A stretch of 64,000 nucleotides of DNA from Rhynchopus sp. YZ270_cl-10 (taxonomy: Eukaryota): positions 1,302,001 to 1,366,000 of the forward strand of contig OZ037833.1 in assembly GCA_964035575.1 (NCBI GenBank), in the 5' to 3' direction. The notes beneath the pieces are model-generated. The model was not told where the DNA came from and made no database searches. It saw only the letters and a program-made list of their open reading frames with translations. A program made the position numbers and the translations under genes. Each line of letters starts with the position of its first letter. Position 1 is the stretch's first letter. Shown here in pieces: positions 18,794-31,153 of this stretch.

Positions 18794-21036
18794 TCCGGGA
18801 ACAAACAAGAGGGCACCGTGCTGACGATGTCCTGGTAGGTGGGCAGAATCTTCACATATGCGACCCGTTGTATTTTATCTTACTTCCTTTGTTGCCGTTA
18901 TTTTTGTTCTGATTTTTTTTTTGTGTTTTTTTTTGTGTTTTTGTTTTGTTTTTCTTTTTACCCCTGCGTTTTAGCATTCTGCTGTGTACAGATGATTCCT
19001 TGAGTGGCGAAGCGGTTCATCCTCCAAAGACCCCTCCCTTCTCGTGATGAGAAGATGTGTGCATTTTGCCTTCAAGGCTAAGAGCACAGCATCTTTTTTC
19101 CTTGCTTAGTGGAGCACACTCTAGGGTGGCTACACTAATACAACCAAGTTTCCAAAAAAAAGAAAAAGAAAACAAAAATAACAATGTACCCGTCACACAC
19201 AGGTGACGGTCACATATTTAGTCAATTTTTTTTTTGTAAAAAAAAAAAAGTTTCAGAAAAAAAAGCAACGTTTGTAATCACGGTATGGTAAAACCCTTCA
19301 AGATTTGCGGTGTTGAAAAAGAACTGCATTTCTTGACCTTTTTTTTATTCATTTTATTTGCCGTGTGTAGTTCAGATCCCCCCCTTTTTTATAGTTCTGT
19401 TGGTGTGCCTCTTACCCCCCTGCTAGATCCCCCCCACCCCACCCCCACCACACATATCGTGCACACTTTGCATTTTGTTACCCCCACGAAAACCCCCCCC
19501 CGAAAAAAAAACCGGTTTCAAGAATTGTATTACAGAGAGCAGGATCTCATCTCAATGTTTCCCTTTGGAAAATATGTTTTGACAAATTGACAAATTTGTG
19601 TGTTTTTTTTTTTTTTTTTTTTTTCCCGTTTTGAATTTTTTTTTTCTTTTGACGTCAGTAAACGTAGAGCTTTTTGTACATACAGTGAGAGTGAGAGAGA
19701 GAGACAGAGAGAGGGGGCGAACTACACTGTACACGACACATGATTTTGTGGTTTTTACTGTGTGGCTTCATCGTTGTAAGCTAACGAAAGTCAGTGAACC
19801 ACAATTTATTTTATTGTTGTGAATATTTTTAAAAATATTTTATTCAAGAAAAAGAACAAAGGTACCAATCACGCCCATTGTGTGTTGGAAAAAAGAGGGA
19901 AAGGTTTGTAAGGCAAAATATTTTCTGTCCTGCCCTAATTTTTTCCAAAAAAAGCTTTTTCTGATGCGCATTGGGTGTTGGTTGATTCAGTGACCTCCTG
20001 GGCTGTGATGCGCTGTTAATATGACAGCGCTACATGCCCTTCTCCATTGATCCAATGTTTTTTTCTTCTTCTTTTTTCATCTTTTTTTGTCTTCTGTGTT
20101 CAGCTCTGCCCTCTTTAAAAGAAAATCTCGAAAAAATGGAGTTTTGCCATTGTGTTGAAACCGTTGAAACGAACTTTCTCCTGTCCCCCCCCAACATACA
20201 TTTCAAGTTTTAAAGTTTTCAAGTTTTTATACATTTTATTTTTAAACCTACCGAGGATATTCTCGCATTTCCTTTTTTTTTTCTCTCCGAAAGTTGTGCG
20301 AATTTTTTTTTCTCTTCCTCAGGCCCTTTAGCTATTTTCTTTCTCGTTCTCTTTTTTCCTCGTTCCTCCTCTCGCTCTCGTAGGGGAGATGAGGCGTTTT
20401 TTACCTTTACAAAACTTGACTGATGTGTCATGTTTCAGTTCCCTTTTTTTTTTTTGACTGAAACAAAATGACAGAAGAGGACGCAAAATGAAGCCAATGT
20501 CCTACCCCCCCTCCCCCAATAGCAAATAGCAAAATAGCACAAAACAAAAGAAGTGATGAAAAGATTATCTACATATGCCAGAAAGATGGTTGAAAAAATA
20601 AAGAGAACCACCCTTTCTTAGCCAAATCAAGTGGCAAAGCGTTAGTTCAGTTCTTTTTTTTTTCTCTACCCAAGAGGGATCGTGTGCACTCCCTCCGTTC
20701 CGTCGGCGCCCCGGCGCTCATTGGATTCAGCAGACGCCCAGTGTTGTGTGCTAAAACACGTGCTTTTCTTGAATCTCTAAATCATGTTGTCCCCCCTTCC
20801 CGGTCAGGGTGGGGTAATGACTGTATACCTGCTTACAGCTTCCCTGTAAACCACACCCAAGCGCAACACTCCGGGGTTCGATAACCCGCGGAGTGTCAGT
20901 GCCTGCGTCCCAGAGGCGTTTGCAGTGTCAACTTCACTTTTTTCCTCTCTCTCCCCACTTTCTACACCACCCCCGCAGCAACACATTAAACTTCGCATTT
21001 TTCAGTTTTTTTCTCTCAAAAATTGCACATCACACG

Positions 21037-21855
21037 ATGCACACCTCTCTGCTTCTCCTTCTGGTTTGTGCTCCATTTGTCGCTTCCGTCACGACTGCAG
21101 GATGTAACACTGACGCAGACTGCCGCTCCTTCAGCGACAGCACCGCCACGTGCACGACCTCCTGCGTCTGCACCGCCCCCGACACCACACCCTTCTGCTC
21201 TGCAGGGTCTTCCGCTACCGAGGCACCGTTCACCTTTGTGCTGTCGTTCACGGTTGCATGCGACACCTTCTTCACGAACTCCACTGTCTCCGATTCGCTT
21301 GAGTCTGCCGCACTCTCTGTCACCGAGGCTGCCAATGTCTCTGCCTCTATTATGTTTTCTTGCGGGTCTCTCGCGATGACTGTTTCGGGTACAATGCCGA
21401 TTGCGACTGCAGCCACGATTGCGGACAACGTGCGTGGGGCTGTGGAGGTGGCGGCAGTTGGAACAGCGCTGGAGGCCACGATCACCTCTGCAAGCGTGCG
21501 CACCTCCACCAGCGACTGCACCGTGAACGAGTTCCCCGTAACAGAAAGCGTCAACATCTACAACGACGGCACCCTCTGTGTGGCCTCCGCCTGCGCTGAG
21601 AACTACAACCTCACAGTCTCGGAGGCCACCAACTACCGTGCTGCCTGCCTCTACACTGTGGTCGCGACCCCCGCCCCCACACAGGAGGACGACGATGAGC
21701 TGCCCACAGCGCACGTTGCTCTGATCATCATGTGTGTCATTGTGTTCATTGTGTTCGCAGGGCTCGCCGCCTTCTTCCTTACCAAAGAAAAGTCTGAGAC
21801 AGAGTCTGAAACCAAAGAAGAGGCACAGAACGTTGAAAACGAGCCGGTTGTTTAG
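21037..21855 (+). CDS. Cys-rich type I membrane protein (paralog of the 14555 and 59059 ectodomains)
   Basis: Signal peptide MHTSLLLLLVCAPFVAS; CNTDADCRSFSDSTATC; acidic EDDDE followed by a TM helix and short tail. Confidence 0.85.
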   Translation: MHTSLLLLLVCAPFVASVTTAGCNTDADCRSFSDSTATCTTSCVCTAPDTTPFCSAGSSATEAPFTFVLSFTVACDTFFTNSTVSDSLESAALSVTEAANVSASIMFSCGSLAMTVSGTMPIATAATIADNVRGAVEVAAVGTALEATITSASVRTSTSDCTVNEFPVTESVNIYNDGTLCVASACAENYNLTVSEATNYRAACLYTVVATPAPTQEDDDELPTAHVALIIMCVIVFIVFAGLAAFFLTKEKSETESETKEEAQNVENEPVV

Positions 21856-24411
21856 AGAGCTAAGCAAAAGCCCTCAAAATTCTAATTCCTCAACCAGGAT
21901 TTGACCATAGGATTAAAAAAAAACCCCCCTGAATGCAACCAAGTTTTCAAAAAAAAAGGACTGAATTCGGGCAGCTACACTATAAAAAAAAACCGACAGA
22001 TCAGTACAAATAAAGCACTATATCGGAGAAGTTGCCCATCCTTTTTTGTATCATGAAGTGGAAAAAAAGGGAGTCTGTTTGGTGAGGGGAGAAGCGAGGT
22101 CTTTAGTTTTGTGGTTCAGGTAGAACATTGGGGCTTGTCTTTTCTATTTTTTTCCCCCTGCCACCAGAAATACTATCGCCACACTGCCAAAAAAATCTTG
22201 TTATCCTCTGTTTCTCTCTCTTCTCTCCAAAGGGGAAAAAATACCTCACCTCTTTCTTTCGCTCTATTTATATCCAAAGTTGCACGGCGCGCTGGTCAGG
22301 GGGGCCACTAGTAGAGCTGCTAGTACAAACGACTATTGTGTTGCGATTAGTGTTACACCAGTAACGCGACTAGGTTAGTATTTAGTTTAGCATTAGTGTT
22401 GAGACTAGTAGTTCCATTAGCCCCCCCTTGATCAGTCCGCCGCGTGTGATGTGTTACTCCCAGAGGGGGAGAGGGGAGGGGGATCCTTCAGATATCATTT
22501 GTAACGTTTTTTTTCTTCTTTTCCCCCTTTTTTTTGGTGTGATTGTTCACCGTTGCCACAGTATGTGGTGTATTGGTGTTATCTTCCCTTTTCTCCCCCC
22601 AATCACCCCCAAAACAGTTGTCCATGTCCGTAGAGACATGTGCATGGCCAAATACCCCCATTTTCAGTGTGCCTCCCAGAGGCGTAGTGCACTATCACTT
22701 TGTACGTGACCAAGCAGAGAGGCTTTGGATCACTTTTTTTTTTTTTGTATTTCTTCGAGTCTTGTTCTTTTTCTTTTTGTGGATGGGTGTGCACGTTGTG
22801 AGTACATTTATCTTTCAAATTTTTTCTTTTTCATTTTTTTTTTTTTTTTGATTTGAAGACAACGACACTAGCCTCTTCTAACCCAGACTTCCTCCCACCC
22901 GATAGGCTTGTCACAGTGAAAAAAAAAATATGTAAAAGAATCTGTCTATTGACAGATTCGGCTTTTTGTGACAGCAAGAAAAAAATCAACAAAAAAAAAA
23001 AAAAAAAAAAAACAAACAAACAAACAAACAAGAGATGGTTATAAGATGCGGTGTACTGTGGAGCTATTCCATTGCCCGCATATTGCTTTTCCCCCCTTTT
23101 CCCGAAATATTTTTTTCAAGAGAATGTGTAAAAATTTGCACGAAAAAAAAACAATAACAAAAAAAACAAAAAGTAAACAAACAGACAACCTGACAAGGGA
23201 AGGCTCGTTTTTCCATGTATTGTTACAAAGTAACAATAAGCCACGTTGAAGTAAATGCGATGTTACATTTTTTTTCACAACCCCAAATTTTTTTTTTTGA
23301 GTTATCTCGCTTGTGATTAATGTAGTCGTGAGGAATGTGGTTTGCCTGAAATGATGAGCCTGTTGTTTGTGGAAGATCATCCTTTTGGCTGTCTTAACAA
23401 AAGTACAACCAAGCTTTCAAAAACAAAAAAAAAACTGGATTCAGATGCGATTTTTTTTTTTGTCCATCAAACAAACCAAGCAAACAAACAGCCTTTCTAT
23501 AGTTGACTAAACACGAGAACTTATGCTCTCACCTTTTAGCTTTTATTATTTTTATCTGCGTACTGATTTTTTTTTTTTGGTACACTGTCACAAGCGGGCT
23601 GTTGCATTTCAACTCAAGTTTTTAGAAAGTGGCTACGCACGAGAGGCTTAGGATCATCTTATAAACTTTTTCCTTTTTTTTTTTGTGTTTCCCCTACGGC
23701 GTTTTCAGCAGCAGGATGTACGATGACTTGTGAGACACTTTTATCTTTCACAGTTTCCCCTCTTTTCTTTGTTATTGTGATCAGGCTGAGGGGTACCGGC
23801 TGTGTGTCTTACAGTTTCCCGTGAAGGATACCAACGATCTGATGGATGGCTAGGCCTCTCTGGGTCGGGTAACCCGCATTGGAGCTTCACACCTTTGCTG
23901 CATATCTGTTCAGGCGCACCTTTTCCCCCGTCCCCTTCTTTTTTTAAACCCGCGAAGTGTCAGTGCCTGCGTCCCAGAGGCGTTTGCACATATCAACGTC
24001 ACCTTTTTTTTTCTCAAAATATCACCCACGGCCTAACGTTAAACTAGCAAACCCGAGGTGGCCAACACCCAGGTTGGGCTCTTTTTCGGATGATTCCCGA
24101 GACAACAACAACAACAAAAAAAAAAAAAACTACGTGTGTGTCCAGTACATGACTGAGTTTACTCTCTCTCTCTCTCTTTTTTTTTTTTGTCTTTTTTGTC
24201 CAGTTTTTCTTTTCGTGTTGTATTGGTACACACATTTTACTTCAGTGTGTGTGTCTCTCCTCCCTCTTTGAGGTGGTCAGTGTGTGTGCATGAGAGGCAC
24301 ATTCATCTTTCAAAATTTCTTTGATTATTTTTTTTACCAAAAAAAGGGACAGTGGAGCTTGCACATGGCAACTACACTATTCCAACAATTTTTCAAAAAA
24401 AAAAAATAATA

Positions 24412-25175
24412 CCGTAGTCGGAAAAATGTTGCAACGTAAAAATGTTGGAACGTAAAAATGTTGTAACGGAATAATGTTGTAACGCTGCGGATCGCGGGAA
24501 GTTGTAACTTTATTCCGTTACAACATTTTTATGACTGGGGTGAACTTTGTCTTAGGGATTTTTTTTTGGAACAGTCGGCATAATCCCCAACCTCACACAC
24601 CACACCCCAATTTCAAGCCGATAATTAGTGTTTCAGGTTTTTCGACGTCCTCCCCCACCCCTCACCCAAATAAAAAATGAAACAAATGGGATTAGCCCAA
24701 TTCTGCAAGCGCCGCAATCCCCACGAGCCTGTTTCGGAAGGAGGAGATGCCCCCAACCTGGCGTTCCTTGCTGGTAGCGCCGCAAGGTGATGTGCCTCGT
24801 TCTAACTAACCGGCACTGTACAGATTGTAAGACGTCTGGCCCCTGCTTCGCTCGGACCAAGTGCTTTTCATGTGCATAGTAAACGTACCCCCCTTGCCCT
24901 GTCCAGCTTGATGTGGAACAAAAAAAGTCGAGCCTACGGCTAAGTTGAACAACACCAAAAAAAAAAAAAAAAACATCATCCCCCGCCCCCCGCCCTTTTT
25001 TCACCACCGTCAGAGGCACAAGATTTTTCTTTTCAAAAACCACCCCCGCACCAGCAAAAATCCCTAAGACAAAAATAAACCCCAAAAAAATGTTGTAACG
25101 GAATAATGTTGTAACGCTGGGCCATTTTTTCCAGCGTTACAACATTATTCCGTTACAACATTTTTCCGACTACGG
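24412..25175 (+). mobile_element. Non-autonomous Tc1/mariner-pogo-like element, copy 1
   Basis: TA|CCGTAGTCGGAAAAATGTTG ... CAACATTTTTCCGACTACGG|TA; subterminal ATGTTGTAACG repeats; inverted relative at 37806-38554. Confidence 0.82.
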
Positions 25176-25552
25176 TAATAACGACGTGGCAGAGCCTCCT
25201 TGCAGTGGACTACCACGTGCCCAAATCATGCTTCCATTTTGTTATTGTCCCAGTGTTCTTTTCTCCCCGCATTTTTTTTTTTTTTTTTTTTTTTTTTGCT
25301 TCTCTCTCTCGGCGACTGATCCAATCAGGATCATCGTCGTGCCTACCTGCCCCTCTTTTGGCATATCAGTTTCTTGACAAGGAAAAATGCAGACCATTTT
25401 TTTGCAAGGGAAGGCCCATTATTCCAATCCATGTTACAATGTAACAATGGGGGGGGGGGGGTCTGGGGGCGGGAATTTTGTTACTTAGGATGGAATATTT
25501 TTTTTTTCAACGGTACAAATTGGGGTCGGAAAATTTTTTTGACCAATTTTTG

Positions 25553-25814
25553 CCCACAAAAAATCGAAAAAAAAATTTTTTTTTTCCGATTCTCGGGAGA
25601 CTGTGCGTGCTGTGATGGGGTCATTTTGCGCTGAGAAATGAGTTTTTTTGGCCTAAAATGCATGTGTCAGTTTTGGGTGTATTTTCACCTAAAAACTGAC
25701 ACATGCATTTTAGGCCAAAAAAACTCCTTTCTCAGCGCAAAATGACCCCATCACGGCACGCACAGTCTCCCGAGAATCGGAAAAAAAAAATTTTTTTTTT
25801 TTGATTTTTTGTGG
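25553..25814. repeat. ~260-bp imperfect palindrome
   Basis: Arms of ~125 bp centred near 25683 with a few mismatches. Confidence 0.9.
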
Positions 25815-25964
25815 GTGGGAAAATTTTTTCGGACCCCCCCTTAGGTTTTGTACAGGGCCCCCCTGTAACTTAGGGGGGAAACCGTGATTCCCAAAAATTT
25901 TTTTGCTCGTTGGGGGGGGGGGGGGTAGGGGGTCCGACTCCTAATAGACTTGTGTATAAATTTT

Positions 25965-27097
25965 CGTACAAAAAACTCATTATTAAACTTCTGGTCATCT
26001 CCAAGGCAACTGCGGGTGAAAAACACCCTCAGAGTGGGTCACAGGGGGCCTGTGGGCCGAAAAACGACCCAGAAGCCACCCCAGAATACAAAAAAATGGA
26101 AAAAAATAGTGAAAAAACGGCTTTTTGACGGTTTTGGCCATGTTGGGCAAAATAGCGTTTTTTCAAGAAAAAACCAAAAAAACGGTTATTTTTTGACATC
26201 ACAAAACCTCCTTTGGCACAAATATACCCCAAAAGTGGCCTGTGAGTCCATTCCAACCTGTTTTGGACATATTTGACACTTTTGGAAGTGTTTTTTTGGT
26301 GTTTTTACGTCAAAAAACATACCCTGGCAATACCCTGACCGCGCTCCGGCAGCATTCCAGCATGCTGTTTGACCCATATAGGGGTCAAGAAATGGCCAAA
26401 AACCCCCGAAAAAGCACTCCGGGAACCCAGATAGTTCCAAATATCCACCAGACACCCACCCAAACACCGCAGAAACACGACAGAAAGTCGTCTTGAAAAA
26501 CACACTTTTTTCAAAAAGCTCGTCAGACAGGCTCCATAATAGCCTTTTTGAAAAAAGTGTGTTTTTCAAGACGACTTTCTGTCGTGTTTCTGCGGTGTTT
26601 GGGTGGGTGTCTGGTGGATATTTGGAACTATCTGGGTTCCCGGAGTGCTTTTTCGGGGGTTTTTGGCCATTTCTTGACCCCTATATGGGTCAAACAGCAT
26701 GCTGGAATGCTGCCGGAGCGCGGTCAGGGTATTGCCAGGGTATGTTTTTTGACGTAAAAACACCAAAAAAACACTTCCAAAAGTGTCAAATATGTCCAAA
26801 ACAGGTTGGAATGGACTCACAGGCCACTTTTGGGGTATATTTGTGCCAAAGGAGGTTTTGTGATGTCAAAAAATAACCGTTTTTTTGGTTTTTTCTTGAA
26901 AAAACGCTATTTTGCCCAACATGGCCAAAACCGTCAAAAAGCCGTTTTTTCACTATTTTTTTCCATTTTTTTGTATTCTGGGGTGGCTTCTGGGTCGTTT
27001 TTCGGCCCACAGGACCCCTGTGACCCACTCTGAGGGTGTTTTTCACCCGCAGTTGCCTTGGAGATGACCAGAAGTTTAATAATGAGTTTTTTGTACG
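25965..27097. repeat. 1.13-kb near-perfect palindrome
   Basis: Arms of ~550 bp around a ~20-bp loop centred at 26531; mirrored ORFs on both strands. Confidence 0.95.
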
Positions 27098-27127
27098 GTA
27101 ATTTTACTCACAGTCGGACCCCCTAGG

Positions 27128-27342
27128 CATAGTGTGCAGACGAACATTTTTGGTTCGTCGACGAACAAAATGTTCGTCGGTTTTGTTCGTCGATGTTCGT
27201 CGACGAACATCGACGAACATCGACGAACAGGTCCCTGCCACAAGGGCAACCCACGACGAACAACGACGAACATCGACGAACAAAATTTTTTTTTCCCCCC
27301 ACGACGAACATCGACGAACATTTTGTTCGTCTGCACACTATG
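27128..27342. mobile_element. MITE with TIR CATAGTGTGCAGACGAACA and TCGACGAAC motifs
   Basis: Perfect 6-bp TSD CCTAGG; nested in the 25408-29074 element. Confidence 0.88.
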
Positions 27343-29875
27343 CCTAGGGGGGGGGGGGGGGGGGGGGTAGGGGGGTCCGTCCGGCCGTTTTTGCTGTCCC
27401 AAACCACTTTTTTTTGTAAAAACCCGAAAAACCACCTCAAAACACCCCCAAACCCCCAAAAAATCACCCAAAACCACGAAAAACACACTTTTGAGCACTA
27501 TTTCGCACTTTTTTCTGATTTTTTTGGTGTTTTTTTCCGCTTTTTCCGCTTTTTTCCATGGAATTATACCCCCTAATATGCCTATAGAATCCCTGTACTG
27601 CTCACTGAGACAGCATATCGACCAGAGGCTCCTTATTCATCGTACCGGTGTCTTCGTCGTGAAGGGGTGCACAATCTGCCGCAAATTCCTGCAACTCTGT
27701 CTTTGTCAAGAGATGAAGCACTCTAGTGTTGTACTTTTCAAGTTGCTACTTCTGGGCGCTTTGCATGGACCTGCCTTTGTGGTGCGCTTGGTGTATCCTG
27801 CGGCAAGTTCTTCCCTTGAGAGATACGGAACCCAACCTAGACTGTAGAGGATGTCTAGGTTTCAGCGACAGTGGGTCGGTGTTGTCGGGGTGCTGGCTCC
27901 TTCCGTGGTGGCTTGCAACTTGGTCAAGGACACCGACAATGGATTCGCACGAATCATTGGTCATAGGAGGAGGCAAGGAAGGCTTTACTGCACTTAGGCA
28001 CAGGGTACGTTCTCATTTTCAGGGACCAAAAAGCCCCAGTAAGTGTTGCAAGTGCGATTTTCCACAGCTCGGGAGGTCTGTCAGGCAGTTCGGAGGGATT
28101 TAGACACTTCTGCGACTGCCTGAATACGCCTTTTAGGGTTTTTATTTTGGGTGCGAAATACGTCAAAAGGATGGGGGGAAATACCGTTATTTTAAGCGTT
28201 GCAGACACAAAAACACCCTCAAAAACCCCCCAGGGACCCCAAAAAGCTGCAAAATCCACACATGTCCACCTCGGGACCTCATTGGAGGTGGACCGAGGTG
28301 GTTTTTTGGTGTTTTGAATGAATTGGTATTATTATTTTTTGGTAAATAAGTGGTCTTCTGCTAGGCGTTGCATAGCCGTTGCTTAAGTGTTGCATAAGTG
28401 TTGCATGGCCTATAAAACCCTCCCAAGTGCCCAAAATGCTATTTTTCACCCTACATGGGGTCTGGGGGACATTTTCCTGGGTGTTTGGACACCATTCCGA
28501 CTACCTTGGCACTTTTTTGGGGGTTTTCAGGTACAAAAAAAGTCAAAAAAGTGACTAAAAAAAGGGTACTTTTAAGCGTTTGGGGCACACACACCCACTG
28601 CAAAATGCATCTGGGGCCCACACAGGACCCCTAAAAGCTGTAAAAACTATATATTTCCACCCTGGGACCCCACCGGATGTGGACTGGGGTGTTTTTCGGG
28701 TGTTTAGAAGGATTTTTGTCTGATTGGAGAATTTTTTTGGTAAGTGTTGCATTTTGGCCCATGTTGATGACGATTTGATGACGCTATTTTTGGAGATTTT
28801 TCACAAAAAATCGATTTTTTTTAACCAGGAAAGTCTCTGTAGAGGTTGTCAGGTGGTTTAATGGGATATTTTCGTGATCCCCAGGGCGATTTGCGGCCAG
28901 GTACGACCTTTTTAGTGGGTTTCTTCACCTAAATTTCAAAAAAATGGGTTTGGGACAGCAAATCCTTAAGGAATTCCTTCTACGTGGACCCCCCTAGGGG
29001 GGGGGGGGGGGGGGGGGGTTTTGGACCCCATTTCAAGTAACATTGTAACATGGATTGGAATAATGGGCCTTCCCCAACAGCTTTTTTTTTGTTCATTCAC
29101 ATCCACCGAAACAATCTCATTTGTACCCTACGTAGACTCTCCTGGTTCTCACATGGGGCCACTTCTGGTAAAGACGGCTTTTCCGAGACCAGTTTTTTCC
29201 TGAGGATTACGTTTTTCAGTGAACTAAAAACATAACAAACTGGGGCGATAAACGGGGAGGGAAAAAAACCTTGCTGTCGTCAATTTCTGTTACTGTATCT
29301 AAAAAGGTTGGACCAGAAAAAGTTTTTGAGAATTGAGACTTTTTTTTTTTGGTTCAACAGTTTTATGGGTCCGGTATTTTCTTATCAGATGTGTATGCAC
29401 TGTGAGGCGTATTGTATTCATCTTGCAACTTTCTTTTCTTTGTGAGATATTTGGTTGCTTCGAGGTTTCAGCATAACTATGTCTGTACTTCCGTAGTACA
29501 ACAAAGGTATTTGGCCAACGTTGAGCACAGACCTGAATCCCACCAAAGGTGCGCGCCTGCCCCAGGTGATTGTTGACCACAAAACAAAAAAATATAGTGT
29601 CACTCATCCTTCGGGGTCTACACTAATACAAAACCAAGTTTTCAAAAAAAAAAAAAAAACCAAAAATAGCTCTCACAAGTTGTACGTACCTTTGCGCTGG
29701 TGAGAGTTCTACAGCACATTGGACAAAAAAAAAAAAACAAAAAAACACACATGACATCTCCCAGCGTGACGACGAGTTGAAAGAACCCCACCACCACCCT
29801 GCAATTTGTCTCATTCATGAATTCATCCCCGTGACACAACCCCTCTTTTCTAGGTTCCCTTTTTTACACGTCTCA

Positions 29876-30619
29876 ATGTCAACACCACCTGGCAGGGACC
29901 ATGGCAACCCCAGCACCGCATGCCGTGTCATGGCATATGTGTCATGCTATGCAGATTTGTACGGCACCGCGTGTTTGCTGTGTTGTCAGGATATGTGCGT
30001 GCGCTACGCAGATGGGACGTGCCTGCATTGGCCCTCGGACTCAACAACACTGACATACGTGACAGAAGACCTGCGTGCCATCGTTGTGCCTGTGGCGAGG
30101 GGAATGTCTCGTGTTCCCCACAATATGCAGGATAAGTTGCAGATCGCGTCCTTCTTTCAAAAGCTCTTCGCGAACCCTGACGACAGGGTGCGGTTTGCGC
30201 AACCAGGGATGTCCTCATATGAGGCGTGCCTGCGTGGTGTGCCTGTGTGTGACCTCTCCTCCACAGTGCAGACCAAAGAGACGCAACACGACGCAACGCA
30301 AGACCGCCAAGGTGATGCAACACAAGATGTTCACCGCACAGCCCAAGAAAGCGTTCAGGACAGCACAACCCAGAGCAAACCGGACCACGTGCATGTAACC
30401 TATCTAACACACTGCGACCTCACCCAAGGATGTGATGTGCCCTTCACAGTGCGCTCCGCACCACTCCCCCGTGCAGACGTGTCCTGTGCCCCACCGTCGA
30501 TGCTGTGCTGGGAGGACATCGATGAGAGCTCCAGCGAAGGTGCGCAGGGCACGCTACGTGCCTTCGCCCCGTGTGATGTGGAAGGTGGTGTCGAGGACGA
30601 CTCGTGGTTTGATGACTAA
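29876..30619 (+). CDS. Kinase-less polo-box-like domain protein
   Basis: VMAYVSCYADLYGTACLL...VRYADGT...LTYV...PHNMQDKLQIASFF follows the polo-box 1 pattern (WV.kWVDYS.KYG.gY.L...V.FND.T...Y...p..L.KK..ll.yF); ATG preceded by a pyrimidine tract and AG. Confidence 0.62.
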   Translation: MSTPPGRDHGNPSTACRVMAYVSCYADLYGTACLLCCQDMCVRYADGTCLHWPSDSTTLTYVTEDLRAIVVPVARGMSRVPHNMQDKLQIASFFQKLFANPDDRVRFAQPGMSSYEACLRGVPVCDLSSTVQTKETQHDATQDRQGDATQDVHRTAQESVQDSTTQSKPDHVHVTYLTHCDLTQGCDVPFTVRSAPLPRADVSCAPPSMLCWEDIDESSSEGAQGTLRAFAPCDVEGGVEDDSWFDD

Positions 30620-31153
30620 GCAGGCAGGTGGGAGGGGTGTTCTCTTAAGCAGGCAATGTCTGTTGCCTTTCTCCTGTGCGTGCGTTCGTAGAGGCGTTCT
30701 GTACGTTCATTTTTCCGGGTACGGGTAGGTCTACTTAGGTTTCCTTTTACGTCCTGTTGTTGGCCGCAGGGTACTTTGTGCTTTCATGCAGCTGTGTAAG
30801 TCGGAGGTGCCTGCATTAATAACTTCACTTTTTCCCCTATTCTTGCGCTTTGACGGAGAAAAATAAAGTACCCCCTTTTTTTTAAACAATGTTGTAGTTG
30901 TGACCACTTTGCTACCTAGTGTATGTAGCGGCATAGCGTTGTTCTAGGTCCTCCACGAGGCCTAGGGTACCTAGGGTGGTTAGGTGCTCTTCCTTTTCAA
31001 CTCTTACTCTTCAACACCCCGGTGGAGTGTCAGTGCCTGCCCCAGAGGTGTTTGCACTATCAACGTCACACTAGTCCAGAGTCTCTCTGAACCACACTCT
31101 CCCCTCCCGCACAGATAATAACCTTACTTTTAACAACGGAACACCGCGCAAAC

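Larger units (their letters stand above)
25408..29074. mobile_element. 3.7-kb PIF/Harbinger-like non-autonomous element with internal palindromes
   Basis: 35-bp TIR GGGAAGGCCCATTATTCCAATCCATGTTACAATGT; 3-bp TSD CAA. The superfamily is inferred from TSD length and GGG termini only. Confidence 0.78.

Noticed and set aside
26186..26876. Identical ORFs on both strands
   Set aside because: Product of the palindrome; low-complexity, non-coding composition.
27560..28120. Possible transposase remnant (TNDSCESIVGVLD on the - strand)
   Set aside because: Short and interrupted; I cannot confirm homology without a search.
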